Source: Hormiphora californensis (lineage: Eukaryota > Animalia > Ctenophora). From it: DNA of 64,000 bases. The notes beneath the pieces are model-generated. The model did no database searches, was not told the origin of the DNA, and saw only the letters and a list, made by a program, of their open reading frames with translations. This document shows positions 1 to 16,517 of this stretch, one piece after another. Position 1 is the first letter of the stretch. Each line of letters begins with the position of its first letter. The stretch is from positions 8,060,001 to 8,124,000 of the forward strand of contig CM035356.1 in NCBI GenBank assembly GCA_020137815.1. Reading direction: 5' to 3'. A program made the position numbers and the translations under genes.

Positions 1-180
1 GTTTAAAATAACACACATGGCGGGGTGTAACTTACACACTAAACAAAACTAAACATACAAACAGTAGTTATTGCATCTGAATATGCCCATAGATCATGGA
101 CCATGATAAATAATATGGGGGGGGGGGGGCAATGAAATTTCTGTAACCCCTCTGATATGAGCATCAATTAGATTATAGTA

Positions 181-2641
<2,461 letters not shown>

Positions 2642-3107
2642 TTTTAATTTCCACAACACAAAACACTTCATAGATTGTGTTAATTTGCTCTCTGAAAATA
2701 ACAATAGAAGTGTTTATTACAACGAAATAATACAGCTGTATTTAGGACGTATTTAGAAGTGTTTATTAGATATCTCCAGATTTACTGTTGGATTAAAAAA
2801 GTGTTTTCCTGGGTGACAGTATTAACTTACTTTACGCGGCTAACTGTCATCCTATTGTCCGTGTACTTGTTAACATAACGCTATAAACTAGGAAGGAGGT
2901 TAGGAAAGAAGTAAAATTGGTCAAATCAAACAGTCTACATAAAGAATATAATTAGGTAATAATTAAACATTGAATAAGTCCATCCAGCGGAACTAACACA
3001 ATGTCCAGCCTTGCAGCTCGACCCTCTCTCACAGCACACAAATATAATATTGTAAAGGAGAGTTAGAACAACATAGTATCTCTAGCCCAGTTATAACAAA
3101 CAGTCTC

Positions 3108-6100
3108 TCAGTTATTGTCCTCGTTTTCTGTTTTGTTCTGGAGTTGTGGCGCTGTCAGATTGGGTGTCATGTGGTGTGGCTGCTGCATGGGTGCTCTCAG
3201 CATCCTAGGAGCGGGTGACAAACAGGGGATGTTAGCACCACGGGGGCCAGGACCACCACCACCCACATTGTGGATTGGGGCCGGTTTGAGAGTTGGGGGA
3301 CCTACCGGGGGTCCTACCGGCCTCATCAGTCGAGGAGCTAAACCTCCCATTGCTGGGGACAGGGACGGTATACCGGGGGGTTCGCCCATCTTGACCAACT
3401 TGGCTGGCTTCTTCATGTCACTCCCATCTCCTCCGTCCAGGATTGGGCGCTTCCTCTTTTGGGCGATAATATCTGGGGGACTGGGCAGTTTTGAGTTGTC
3501 ATACGGACTTGACATGGCAGGGGGAGTCCGGATTTGAGGCATAACATGGGACATATGAGTCATTCCCTGTGACATTTGGGGCATTTGTTGCATTCCTTGA
3601 GACATCTGAGGCATTCCTTGAGACATCTGAGGCATTCCTTGAGACATCTGAGGCATGCCTTGGGAGTGAGACATTTGTGGCATTTGCATACCTTGAGAAA
3701 TTTGGGGCATCTGCTGCATGCCCTGTGACATTGGAGGCATTCCCTGAGAATGTGACATGGGTGGCATTTGGTGGCTCATCTGTGGCATGCCCATGGCGTG
3801 CATCATTCCCTGCTGGGACATGGGGGGCATTTGGTGTCCTGTCATGTTGGGAGGCACCCCCTGAGACATTGGTGGCATACCATGATGTGCCATCATCTGG
3901 GGCATGCCCCCATGCTGTTGTGCCATGCCATGCCCCATGTGGCCCATCCCCATGCCAGGGTGGCCCATGTGCCCGTAACTGTGGGCCGGTGGTTGTTGCA
4001 GCTGGGGAGGTGGTTGCATTGCTGGCTGCTGGGGTGGTGGGGCAGGCACCTGAGGAGGAAGAGGTGCAGATTGAGTCGGTGGTTTGGGTGTCTCCAACTG
4101 GGGAGGGGTGTCAGTGGACGAGGTATCGGTGATTTTAAACTCATACTCCTTCCGACCCTCTCCGCGGGTCTGGGTAATCTTGGGCACTGTGACACCCTTC
4201 TCATGGTGGTGGACAAGGATCCGGAGGAGTCCGTGGAGTGTCAGGGGGATTGAGAAGAATCGGGAGCACACTTTCTCCAGGGCACCTTTCTTTAGAGTGT
4301 CCGCAGTTAGCACAGAGATGGAGGAGGGAGCAATATCGAATGTGACCACGGAGAGAGTTGGTAGGCGGGGATGGGCGAACATACACTCAATGGAGTCCCC
4401 CGAAACGAGTGATATATCAACTGTGATGCGGTCAGGGGTAGGGGAGGGTGAGGCCTTGGTGTTGCTAGGAGAGGAGTTTTCGTTGCTATGGTCGCTCTTG
4501 TATTTGCAGCTCAGAATAAGGGTGTTGATTAACTCCTGCTGCCGTAGAGCGTCAACGATGAACGGGATCTGGAAATAGGTGTTGTTAGAAAAACAGGACT
4601 TCTTGACCTGCCCAAAACGCAGAAAAAAGACTAAATATTTGACACGAAGTGTAGCAACGGTTTTTGTTTTGGTCTAATTGATTGTCTCACCTGTGTAGGG
4701 TGATCAAAGGGGATGCGGTGAACAGTGATCGCTTTAGTAGTATCCACAGGAAGGTAGTAGTCGTGCTTCAACTTTTCATGGGTCAGTACCTTGTCTTCCC
4801 TGTAGGAGAAGAGTACTGGTTGTAATTGGTTACTGTGGTTACTTAATACTTTAAATCGCTTGCTTTTTACACAAACTAGGGAACCCTTGTTTGTCGACTA
4901 AACAGTGAAAAATCATATTTTTGTACGATTTTGAGACGTTTTACGCCATAACTCGATCATTTCTCAACTGGTTTAGGAAATCTTGGGCTCATTGGAAAGG
5001 GGACGTCAAACTCTTTTGAAAAGAGTTTGACGTCCTCTTTTCAAAGAGCTATTCTCACGAACCCTTTCGGTAAAAGAAGGGAGAGTAGCGTTGTCTGAAT
5101 TCCACTAGTTTTAATCTGACTCCTACTACTAAGTTTCTTCAACAGCTTGTTCATCCTATCCACTGTTATTACCAGTGGTGTTCCTAATCTAGCCACAAAG
5201 CATGCCTCTAGATACTCTGGGCGGGGAAGATTTTATTAGAAGGGTTTAGAGATAATTTAGCTGCTGCTCAAAGCTGTGGAATATAATTATTTACCCGAGT
5301 TAGATTGGTCCCGTTGTTTGAACTCATTATTAGTGATATGAAGGGGTTCAGTAGCGAGCTGGTTGACAGCAGCACACTCTACACCAATCACTACCTCCCT
5401 CGACTCCTTTATCAAAACATCTTCCTCTAACTTTGCAGCTGTATCTCCGTTACTATGGTTATAGAGAATGCGAGCACCGAGGCCGCCACGTGACCCAATT
5501 ACATGACCAACTGGAGAGGTGTTGATCGTCTCACGTGTCAGGTCAGGTGATGAGACCATGCTTAGTAGATCTCGTTCTAGGGCCCTGGTGAAAAGATAAA
5601 CGCGTGTAAAGAATGGGACCGCAAACATTTAATTCTGGATATGAAAACATTGGTCATGTCTGTACCTGAGTGCTGAAAGGAGTGTTGTTCTAACCCGGGG
5701 CTCTGTTGGAATGTTAAACACACCAATGTAACCCTTTAGATGGGCGGTAAACGCCTCAAAATCACCCAATTTTAGGGTTTCTGATATTTCGGGTTGTGCT
5801 TCTGGTTGACCCTTATTCACCAGAGTAACCACTGCACCACCTGACCCGTCCTGTGGAATAAAATCAAGTGAAACATGAGAAGGTGTAACCTAGTGTAACC
5901 CAGAATTTGTTTTGTTTGCCACTGGGTGCGGGTAAACAGAGTCGAGCAAGGCAACCCAGAATGAAATAGAAATGAGAACATACAACACAGTAGGAACCGA
6001 CCGACACAAGTAAACAACCAATCAGAACTCGTTATTTAGGTCACATGACTGGTTATCAGCCAATCAGGGACCAGTATTTCCTGATTCGGTCGGTTCCTGC

Positions 6101-6928
6101 AACATAGGTATACTCACATTAGGGGGGAACTTTAGGTCAAGGTAAAACTCATTGGCATCAAAACTAATGTACGCAGTCAGCTCATTACCCTCTACATACT
6201 TTAAACCTGTAAACAAGGAAAATGTAACAAACAAGGGTAATGTAACATGCTGTTGCTGGACCAGGCAAATCATATGAAAGGCTCCAAGGAGTCTAAAACT
6301 TGGCCGGGTTTACTGATACTATTATGGGCAGATTGTTGTTTACAACACATGTTAACAGCACTCACCAATATCATTGCATATATGTTGAATTGTCAGCTTC
6401 TGTGCTCCAACTGTGTCTCTTCTCCCTGCCTTGTGAATCTTCATCATATTCTCCTTTAGATGCTTCTGCATTTGAACTAAAATACGGGGGAAGGAGTCAG
6501 ATAGATTGTATACTGTGTACTTAAAAGGATACGAACACATAAAATAATTGGTGAAAGAATAATTTTGAAGACATACCCGATCTTAGTAGTGGTTTCAGCT
6601 TTTCTATGTAGTTTTGTAACTGCCTGTCCATCCTAACCTCTTCCACTTTCATTTGTAATCGGGTAAACACTTGGTTCATCTGGGGAACAATCATTACAAG
6701 ATTGGTAATAGTTTTGGCGACACAGTCACCCTTACAACTCGTGCGCGTAGTGCACCAAAACGAAGCCCGCAAAGAGGTGACGGCACCACCAAGTAATAGT
6801 TTACTTACAAAAGAAACATCTTGTTTGATAGAACGAGGCCCAAACTCATGACGTGGTGTGTGAATCCGATAGTGCGAGAGGATCTCTTGGATTGCAGAGA
6901 AACTGTCCTCTACCGTCTGACACTCCAT
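3108..6928 (-). CDS. MED1: Mediator subunit 1 (about 9 exons) with an M/Q/P-rich C-terminal disordered tail
   Basis: Med1 motifs PFDHPTQ|IPFIVDALRQQELINTLILSC, ACFVARLGTPL and FSIPLTLHGLL; ATG 6928 follows ttaacag|ca; last exon about 4570-3108. Confidence 0.8.
5991..6099. mobile_element. 109-bp hAT-type MITE, copy 1 (MED1 intron)
   Basis: TIR (c/t)aggaaccgaccga...tcggtcggttcctg; 8-bp TSD caacacag/caacatag (1 mismatch); four more copies in the window. Confidence 0.9.
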
Positions 6929-7059
6929 TGCTGTTAAGAGAAAACAGATTCAGGATAGGATATCGGTTAATTAGCTTCATGATTAATCTTTGTGGAGTCT
7001 GAAGTACTTCCAAGCTGCAGCAATTAAGGGGAAAGACTTTCCGAAAGAGAAGCACGCAT

Positions 7060-7400
7060 TGGACGGAGCCACACCGCCGTGACGGCGGTGTTTGTCTCTA
7101 ATTGAAAAACACGGCAGTTGCATTGACAGATTTTAACCAAGTTGCTAGATAACCATAAACATCACCAATCATTGAACACTGTACAGTAAAAGTGTGTAGT
7201 TTGTACAATTTTGAAATTTTTTTGAGACGACAAAAAATGAAGAATTTTTTACTCAAAACTCATTTAAGAATTTTTTACTCAAAACTCATTAAAAAAAGCG
7301 ATGCGTATTTTAATATTTATAGTAATTGGCGAATTAAATTTAATACAACGCTGCGCGCGCCGCGCTTAAAGTTTGAATTTCTGTGACTTTTATTTCGTTC
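7060..7400. promoter_or_regulatory. Putative divergent promoter region of MED1/NPHP1 with CGCG motif and palindrome
   Basis: gcgcgcgccgcgc at about 7353 in AT-rich context; acaccgccgtgacggcggtgt hairpin about 7071-7091; lies between divergent 5' ends. Confidence 0.45.
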
Positions 7401-7589
7401 GTCCCTTCTTTCACTTTTTCTTTCTTTTTTTGATTTTTGATTTTTTGAACGTTCTCTCCATTTGAGGACCGTTAAGAAGGGGCAAAGTTAAAATCTGGGT
7501 GCTTTCCATTGCTAAACATTCATCGATTTTGGTGATCATACGGAATTTTCAAAAAAATCACAATCAAATCAGATTTTTGTTTTTACTAA

Positions 7590-10513
7590 AACTACATTGC
7601 AGATGCCCAAATCAAAATGCAAGGATACAGCACCTTCCGTTCTGACCGTCCTGACCGGAAAGGAGGAGGTTGTGTTTTATACATTCGTGAGGACATCCCA
7701 ATCAGCTACGCATACTCATTCAGTGACCGGGAATGCAGTCTGGTATTGGCTTTTAGTAAAGCTAAAAACATGTTGTTTTCATGTGTCTACCGTCCCCCCG
7801 ATTCATCTGACCAGTCCTTCATCACAGTTATGAATGATCTCCAAGATAAAATCGATCTCCTGTCCAATGAAAGGAGCCCTGAAATGTTTATGATGGGCGA
7901 TCTAAACTTGCCGTTGTTCAACTGGAAAGAAGAATCCCTGCCGTCAGCTGCTGCTAACATAGCGGCTTATCAACGCACTGTGAACTTCATTGAGGAAAAT
8001 TTCCTAACTCAGGTCGTAGACAAACCAACCAGAGGAAGTAATACTCTGGATGTTATAATGACCAACTCACCCCAATACGTATCAACTGTGACAACTGAAG
8101 AGACAAAGATCTCTGACCACAGGATAGTTAACTGTACTCTGGTGATAAACCCCCTTATGGAAACAGCAGACACCATCAAAAAGTGGGACCACATGAGTTT
8201 CCGAGGGTTGGACATTCAGAAAGCCAACTTTGAAGATATGAATGTAGACATTGCTTCTGTTGATTGGGACGAACTGCAGGCATTATGTGAGGAATCTGGA
8301 GACCCTGTTGGTGACAAATTCAAAGAACTTTTCATTCTAACTGTTTTGCAAATCACCATCAAACACACACCTCAGAAGGTTCAGCGAAGGAAATTCAGCC
8401 CCCTGGAACCACTGAAAAGGAGAAGGCGGAAACTAAAAACAAGACTGGAAGCAATCTCTTCTGTCAATGTTAACATCTCCAAAATCGAAGCACTCGAAAA
8501 CGAGCTCACAATACTTGAGGAGAAGATAAAACACTCTGTGGATGAATCAATCGAGAAGAAGGAACACAGCGCTGTTGATACGATCAAGGTCAACCCACGA
8601 TTTTTCTTTTCCTACGCAAAACGACTATCAAAAGTTAAATCGAACATTGCCCCTCTCAAACGTGATGATGGAACACTCACCACAGACAACACTGAAAAAG
8701 CGGAACTCCTGCAAAAACAGTACTGCCGTGCTTTCAGTGATCCAGACGGTGGAGACTTGCTGAAAAGTCTTTCTTGGGTTGAGGGTAGCAGTGCGATTTT
8801 GGAGGATTTCACATTTACGTCTGATGACATTAAAGGAGCCCTCTCAGAACTTGATCCTGCTTCTGCCGGACCAGATGGTGACATCCCTGCTAAAATTCTC
8901 AGTGCTTGTAAAGCCACTCTTGCTGTACCACTCTTTCTTCTTTGGGAGCGGTCCTTCGAAGAAGGAATAACACCCCCAAACCTGAAAAAGCAGTACATCA
9001 CACCAATCTTCAAGCGTGGTGACAAAACTCTTGCTGTTAACTACCGCCCTGTTTCACTGACTTCTAACTTGCTAAAAACATTTGAACGAGTTGTACGAAA
9101 CAAGTTGGTGGATCACCTTGAAAGTAACAATCTTCTACCAGATAGCCAACACGGGTTTAGGAAGCAACGAAGCTGTCTCACACAGTTACTTGATCACATG
9201 GACGGAATCTTTCGAGAGCTAAACAGCGGGAACGAAGTCGATGTAATCTATTTGGACTATTCCAAAGCCTTTGACCGTGTCAACCATGCTATTCTTCTTG
9301 CCAAGCTGGAAAAGCTAGGCATCAAAGGGAAAGTACTAAATTGGATAAAAGACTTCCTTTCTGGTCGGTACCAAACAGTTACTGTTGACGGTGAAAAATC
9401 GAACTTCGAGCTGGTCAAAAGTGGAGTCCCTCAAGGGACCGTGCTCGGACCAATCCTCTTTATCATCTACGTAGCTGATCTCCAAAGCCAAGTAATCCAC
9501 AGCAAAATCAGAACCTTTGCGGATGATACCAAGCTCCAAAAGAGTGTCGACTCGGAAGAATCAGGAGCAGAAATGCAAGAGGATCTCCAGCGGGTGGTGG
9601 AGTGGTCTGCAGCCAACTGTATGACACTTCATGAGGACAAGTTTGAGGTTATTCACTATACTCTGAACAGAACATCCCTTCTCAGAGAACTGCCTTTCAC
9701 CCATGACCTTAGCTCATATGTGACTCCAGGTGGAAATGAAATACAGCCAACGGATACAGTGAAAGACCTTGGCATCACTCTATCAAACAATGGCTCTTGG
9801 ACAGACCATGTCACGAGGATCTCATCAGAAGCACGAAGGATGGCCGCCTGGGCACTGAGAGCTTTTAAAGATAGGTCAGTAACCACTATGCTGACACTCT
9901 ACAAGTCACTAATAAGGTGTAAAGTAGAATACTGCTCACCTTTATGGTCGCCCTACAAGATTGGTGACATCCAGGCGCTGGAGAGTATCCAGAGACAGTT
10001 TACCCGAAGGATCGAAGACATGGCACAACTTGACTATTGGGAACGGCTGAAAAAGCTTAGACTGATGTCATTACAACGACGGAGGGAGCGATACTCGATA
10101 ATACAAATGTGGAAAATCCATAACGGTGCAGCCCCTAACAGCACGAATACCCGGTTTTACCATCATCAACGGCTCGGCATCCGAGCCGAAGTACCTACTC
10201 TTTACAGTGGAGCACAGAAGTCATTCTCAACAAAATACTTCCACTCTTTTACTGTAAGGGCCGCTCGGCTATGGAACACATTGCCGAAAGAGGTTAATAC
10301 AGCAGTGACCTTAGATACGTTCAAGATCCTGCTGGGCCGTTGGCTGGACCACTTCCCTGACAATCCACCTGTGAAGGGTTATTCTACCCGGAACAACAAT
10401 TCTATCATGGACTGGGTTTTGGAGGTTCGAGCTAAAGGGGGATGCTGAAAAGACTGACACCGGTTACGATTCTGTAATAAAGTTTATTTATCAAGTTTAT
10501 CAAGTTTATCAAG
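7590..10513 (+). mobile_element. CR1/L2-group LINE, 5'-truncated within the APE endonuclease, RT uninterrupted (ORF 7617-10448)
   Basis: RKGGG, VYRPP, GDLN and SDH APE motifs; YRPVSLTS, QHGF, YLDYSKAFD, GVPQGTVLGP and FADD RT motifs; AATAAA then (TTTATCAAG)n tail. Confidence 0.95.
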
Positions 10514-11050
10514 AGGCACGTGAGCCGTGAGGAACTGACACCTGTGTAACTTGTACACGAAGACGATAACAAGATAACAAGATAACAAGAGAGTTGCCAC
10601 TTGCCAACTTGATATGTACCCCCAGCACACCGCACGCCACACAATTTTTGGTCGCTACGAAATAACACACTCTCCTAAGTATCAACTTCTTAGGTGAATG
10701 AAACTGCATCATGACAGGATGTGTGGCATGTAGATTTGTGGATTGTTGCTGTGTTACTAAAACTGTATCTCTAGAATCACAACAGAGATTCACTTCCTCA
10801 CTTCCACCGAAACCACCAACACAAGCGCAACCACCAATCACCATCATCAAGACCAAATCTCAAGTCTCACTTGAATCAGATATTGATCCTATTGTGGTAG
10901 GTTCACTCTCCTATTATCCACCTAACATTCCTTGACAGGCCACGTTATCCCTCACAATAGCCGCTATCAGCTATGAAGCCTAGTCTGTCAAACTATTTCA
11001 TACCTTTGTTACATAAATGTATGTTTTTCATTGATCGCTAATTGTAGGCT

Positions 11051-14000
11051 ATGCAGAAGCGTTTTATCGAGGAAACAGATGAGCTGGCTCGAAAAGTGGA
11101 CCGGTTTGTGAAGGCTTCCAATAAACAACTTCAAAACTTCCAGATAGCAGATAATAACACCGAACTCGTGAGTTGGATTTTAATTTGGATTAATGATTTT
11201 AATTTGGAGGCCTTTTTAGCCTGAACCATTTGTATATCGAGTCTCACAATATCTGATCTCTCCATCTCCAGAAAGAGAAAATGTTGGGTGCTGCACGGGG
11301 CCACTACAAAGATCTAACGGCTCACAAACGGAAACTAGAAATGGCAAAACAAGAAGAGGAGGTGAAAAGGGTAGAAAAGATCCTGACACCTCTTGTTACA
11401 ATTATTGATAGACTGAACCCACACGCAGACGAGACGGACTACTTTAGGTCCTTACAGGCTGAGGACAACGAGTCACAGGTGTGGATACTAATCCAGTATT
11501 CAATAGATATGATAATGATTTGATAAAATAAGTAGCAATGAAACACGGAGATTTACGCAGACATATGTTTCACAGAATATAATATTCTGCTCATGATGTA
11601 TATATAATATATAAGTACAGCTGAGTTTCATTTTCTTCCATCTCATTCAGATTGAGACTGAAGATATGGGAGACGATGATGAAGATGATGTGACCCTCGA
11701 AGACGATGAAGACGATGAAGAAGAAGATGAAGATGATGAAGATGATGAAGATGATTATGAAGAGGGTAAGTTTAAAAGAAACCTGTTTGCCAAGTTGGGG
11801 ATCCTGGGAAACATCTTGCTTGACAACGGGGTGACAACATCATGCAGCACACCTTGCGTCTAACAATCTCACCACGAGGGGCTCTAATATCCAGTATCCA
11901 CCTAACTCTTACCTTGCCCTGTTTCCCCGGCCCTAACACCTGCACCTGATTCAGATGTGGATATTGAGGAGGATGGCGAGGATGAGGAGGAGGATGAGGA
12001 CGAGTACACAGAGACAAGTGAACCTAGTAGCACATTCAATAGTGTAGTTTGTGAGGCAATCGGAAATTACAATGCATCGGTAGGTTCAGGTGTTCCGGTT
12101 GTCATGGTAACAACTCTTAGTAACGGTAACTATAATAATAAGGCAGGTTGCTATAGTTACAAAAACACTCTAAACATTGTTTTGCCCTCCAGGAATCAGG
12201 AGATCTGTCAATTAAAAAGGGTGACAAATTAGTGATTCGGAGCCAACGAAGAGATGGGTGGTGGGAGGCTGAAAACCTGGAGACTGGACTTGTGGGCCTC
12301 ATCCCCAGCAACTTTGTAAAGGTCACCAACTATGATGTTCCTACACGGAGGAGGAAACAGGACACAGTCGAGCGAGATGAAAAGTTTGAGAGGTTGAGAA
12401 GTGGTCAGGTGCTGAATAGTGGCTCTAGGCCTTCTACTATCTCCCAATTCATGAAAGGTAACGATCAGTTGAAATGACCAGTTGGGCTATTAAACAGTAA
12501 TCACGACATATTAATTGTAACGATCAGTGTTAGAAAAGTCTATCTTCGCGGAACTATAATTCAGACTTCAGCCCCCTCGATCAGTATTCACCTCTCACTT
12601 TGTCTGTGTTCAATATTTGGGTTAATAGTTAGTTAACTGCTCTGAGTTTCCTCCAGTGGCAGCATCTGTAAAGCTCTGCTGTCCCTGTAGAATATGGAAA
12701 GGATATAAATATGAGTATTATTATTATTATTGTCATTATACACCCTACAGAGAGCAGTTTGTATTTGTTGAGCACGTGGCTGCACCCCCGTCTCTCCATC
12801 ACCTGTATATCCTTCAAGGACCAGGAAATACTGGTCCCTGATTGGCTGATAACCAGTCACGTGACCTAAATAACGAGTTCTGATTGGTTGTTTACTTGTT
12901 TCGGTCGGTTCCTGATCAATATACTACCCTCCAGAGAGCAGTTTGTACTTGTTGAGCACGTGGCTCCACCCCCGTCTCTCCATCACGTGCATATCCTTCA
13001 AGGACCTTCACTGGGACATGAGGAAGGGAAACATTGTCCCTGTTTCTGGAATCAACAGGATTATAACCCTCAATGTGATCAGAAACCTTCCTCCTCCAAA
13101 ACCTAACGCTCAGATTGTTGCTCGACGGGTGGGTTTTTCTGTTTGTCTCTCTCCTAAAAATTGCTTTTGTATCTGTCTGTTCCCATTAAAATCTTTACAG
13201 CACAGCCCCGTGATCTGTACTCACAACTAACCACTTATAACCACTCATCCCAACCCTCTCTAATACCCTGACCCCTCTGACCTTGGTAATAAAATTACCC
13301 CTCTATTATTAACTATGCAATGAAAGGGTTGACTTCGTAACCAACCTCTGACCCCTCATCTCCAGGTACACATGGCAGTTACAACACGGATGTCAGCACA
13401 GTCCATTCTCCTCAGTAACGCCCACACAGTGCAATGTACGTGGGCCCCAACAGACCCCTCGACGTGGAGGTTCCAAGGGTCCTCCTCCAGGGGATCACCC
13501 AGCATCTCCTGGTACTCTCCTAAAGTTATCTGCAGGATCGAGTCTAGTGATGCCAACGTGGGAATTCTAATGGAGGTAGGTGGTGGGAAGAGGTTGCCTT
13601 GTTCGACCCTCCCTCCCCGCGCCCCGTTTGAACAAAACAAGGAGGAGGAGAAGGAGCCACTTTACTTGAATGTAGTTAGGGGCAACTTCCTGAGTCATTG
13701 TTGATTTGTAGTTTTTGCATAAAATAAGAGGCGATAATAAATCCCCGGCTGGTTCATTTGTACAGCCCAGAGAGAATAATAAAAGCTCTGACAATCAAAA
13801 TAAGAGCGGTATGCTAATTTTGTACTGAACTTCACCCGATATGACCCGACCAAAATACCAGGTGTGTTGTGTGTACAAGAACGGAGAAAATGGAGAGGTT
13901 GTTGAGGCATGTGTAGGGTGGACCTTTGTACCCTTGTTCCTGAGTAATGGGAACCTAGTACCAAATAAATCACAGGTAATACCGAGCTAACCATAGTTAT

Positions 14001-15432
14001 CAGCTTTTGTGCGAGACAAAGTTATTGGATCGTTTTTTATCTGTTGAGTCGCTTGACACTGTTTCCGTGCTCATAAAGTATGAACAATTCAAGTTATCTG
14101 CTGATTTGTTTCAGTTTTATTGACAATCATGAACTTGCAGGCAGTTCCGTTGTACGGCGGGGGAGCATTTGAGCCTAATGTTGAGATTGATGATACCTGG
14201 CAGAGCAAGAACACATTTGGTCGAACTAAGAAACCCCAAATATCAATCAGTATCAGCTCAATATCTCGCTTCAAACACAACGTAATTAACTTTTCAAACT
14301 TGTTTCATTACCGCCGTCCGCGGGCCTATTTATATCTCTTGTGTGGGCTAATGGCTATCAGCAGGAAACGACCGAATCAGGAAATACTGGTCCCTGATTG
14401 GCTGATAACCAGTCATGTGACCTAAATAACGAGTTCTGATTGGTTGTTTACTTGTGTCGGTCGGTTCCTGGCTATCAGAAAGGCTCTAACTCACTACCCA
14501 GGAACCGACCGACACAAGTAAACAACCAATCAGAACTCGTTATTTTGGTCACGTGACTGGTAATCAGCCAATCAGGGACCAGTATTTCCTGATTCGGTCG
14601 GTTCCTGTCACTACCTCTATATAATTCAGGTGGTTTCAACACTTCCCAGCACGATCCTGACATCAACCCTGAACATCAAGACAGTCTCCCTGTTTCGCCG
14701 TGTCATTGGGGAGGTCCTGCTAAAAGATAATGAGTCATCACAAAACGGTGTGAAGTTCAACCCAACTATTGCTCTGATGTTACAGGTACAGCGATTATCA
14801 ATATACGTTGGGTCCGATCTTGTACTTTTTGCAAAGTGAAAACTACTTTCTGAAACACCCTGTATTGTGTACAATACCAAAACTAATTCTTGTAAACAAC
14901 TCCCTCTCTTCCAGATGGCTGACCAGCCCGTGCTGATGGACCTCTTCAAACGGTTCTATACTGAGAAGACTAGTGAGTTGAGGAGAGCTGATAAGGGTGA
15001 TCCAAAGTACATGAGAAAACACTTGGAAGATGTTTTAAAGAATCACATTTGGCCGGTATGTGGGGCATCAGATTGTAAAGCTCTTTTACTTACAAAATAT
15101 AAGTCATACATAATTTATTATTATTGTTTATCCTTACAATAATTCTCTAAACTTGAACAGATCACTGACTGTTCCCACTATCTGCTTTCCCTTGTGCAGT
15201 ACCCCGTAACCAAAGATCCTCCTCCTACGTTCAGGTTTTGGTTGGCTCGGAACCACAGCTTGCACATGATTTAGTAACCAGGGCTGAAATCATGGAGAGA
15301 TCCAACTTTGCGAGTGGGGTAGCATCCCAGGGGGCGCTGTCTCTCTTCATCAAAGAGGGGCCTCATGTCCCGTTCGACGTGTCCGAGTTGAGTTATGTGC
15401 CCCTTCACAGACAATACTTTGTAAACTTGTGA
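11051..15432 (+). CDS. NPHP1: Nephrocystin-1-like: coiled coil, acidic tract, SH3, nephrocystin homology domain (multi-exon)
   Basis: Acidic exons; SH3 GDLSIKKGDKLVIRSQRRDGWWEAEN..GLIPSNFV; LHPRLS..FKDLHWD, LSNAHTVQCTWAPTDPSTWRF and terminal HVPFDVSE. Confidence 0.85.
12822..12914. mobile_element. Truncated copy of the hAT-type MITE
   Basis: caggaaatactggtccctg...tcggtcggttcctg, lacking one TIR. Confidence 0.85.
14362..14470. mobile_element. hAT-type MITE copy (NPHP1 intron)
   Basis: Perfect 8-bp TSD gctatcag on both sides. Confidence 0.92.
14499..14607. mobile_element. hAT-type MITE copy, opposite orientation to the 14362 copy
   Basis: Perfect 8-bp TSD tcactacc. Confidence 0.92.
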
Positions 15433-15699
15433 TCAGTGATACAGAGAGAAGATTGAAAGCAATCCGTGTATGTATTGGACTCACTAGATAAATGGGTCAG
15501 GGGTGAAGGAGATTGAACGTGAATTGACCAGAGATATGAATGATGATGACAATGACAATTGAGACAAACTATTGTTATCCTGTAAATATTGTGCAATATT
15601 TATTATTTTTTATCGATCAACAAATCCGAGATGTTTTTTATTTGGTAACGGTTAAAACTTCGTTGTTGGCACAGCTTGTCACAAAACGAGTCTCAGTAC

Positions 15700-15900
15700 G
15701 AGTGTGAAATGGAACGCGCGAGGCATGACTTCGATGGAAAGTACATATTTCAGCACTCAGTGTTCACTTGCGCATGGAACAATAACTTGTGGGCCGCGCG
15801 GCGTAAGGTATGAGGCGCGGGCGCGGTTTCGTAAGTTTAGCGTTGCGAATGGAAGCCGCGCGATGCGAACAGCATTTTATTTTTTTGAAAATTCGGCCCG
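15700..15900. promoter_or_regulatory. CGCG-rich putative promoter
   Basis: Cluster of cgcg motifs (ccgcgcggcg, gcgcgggcgcgg, ccgcgcga) upstream of a + strand gene. Confidence 0.45.
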
Positions 15901-16517
15901 GTGTCTGTTCACAAATTTTCGTTCTGACTTCTTTAAAGATGACTAAAAGGCCTCTAGGAGAGTACAGGACACAGGTGACACACAGCCCCTTGACCCTGCT
16001 AGCAGAGGCTCTGCTCCGGCCCCTACAGTGTAGGGCCTACACACCGCCGCGGCTGCGCCCCTGGCTCCGTCCACAGAGGGACTAGCGCGGCTGAGAGCCA
16101 CACACCCTGACACAAAGGGGATGAGTCATATCATTCGTGTCATCTCAGATGACCCACAAAATGAGATATCATGAGATATCATGATGACTTGCGCATGAGA
16201 GTCGAGAGATCCCTGCAATTGAGACACCGAAAACTATATATTTCTTTGTTAACTTTTCATCTCAACCCTTGTTTATAGGATGCTCGGTTTAAAGGGGGAG
16301 GCAGCCCTTGTTCCACCTATAAAGTACAACACGAAATGTCAAGTTAATGTGTATGTTGAATGTTCACTATCCGGTACTGACAACATTATCCCACTAAAGA
16401 CGTGTTCCAGTATTGAGAAAGTCGTCTCAAGGTAATTAGAAATTCATGTTTAGATAAGAGGTTTGGGATATTGATGTCATGGTAACCAATGCTGACTCTA
16501 TTTTCAGGTGTTTGGTT

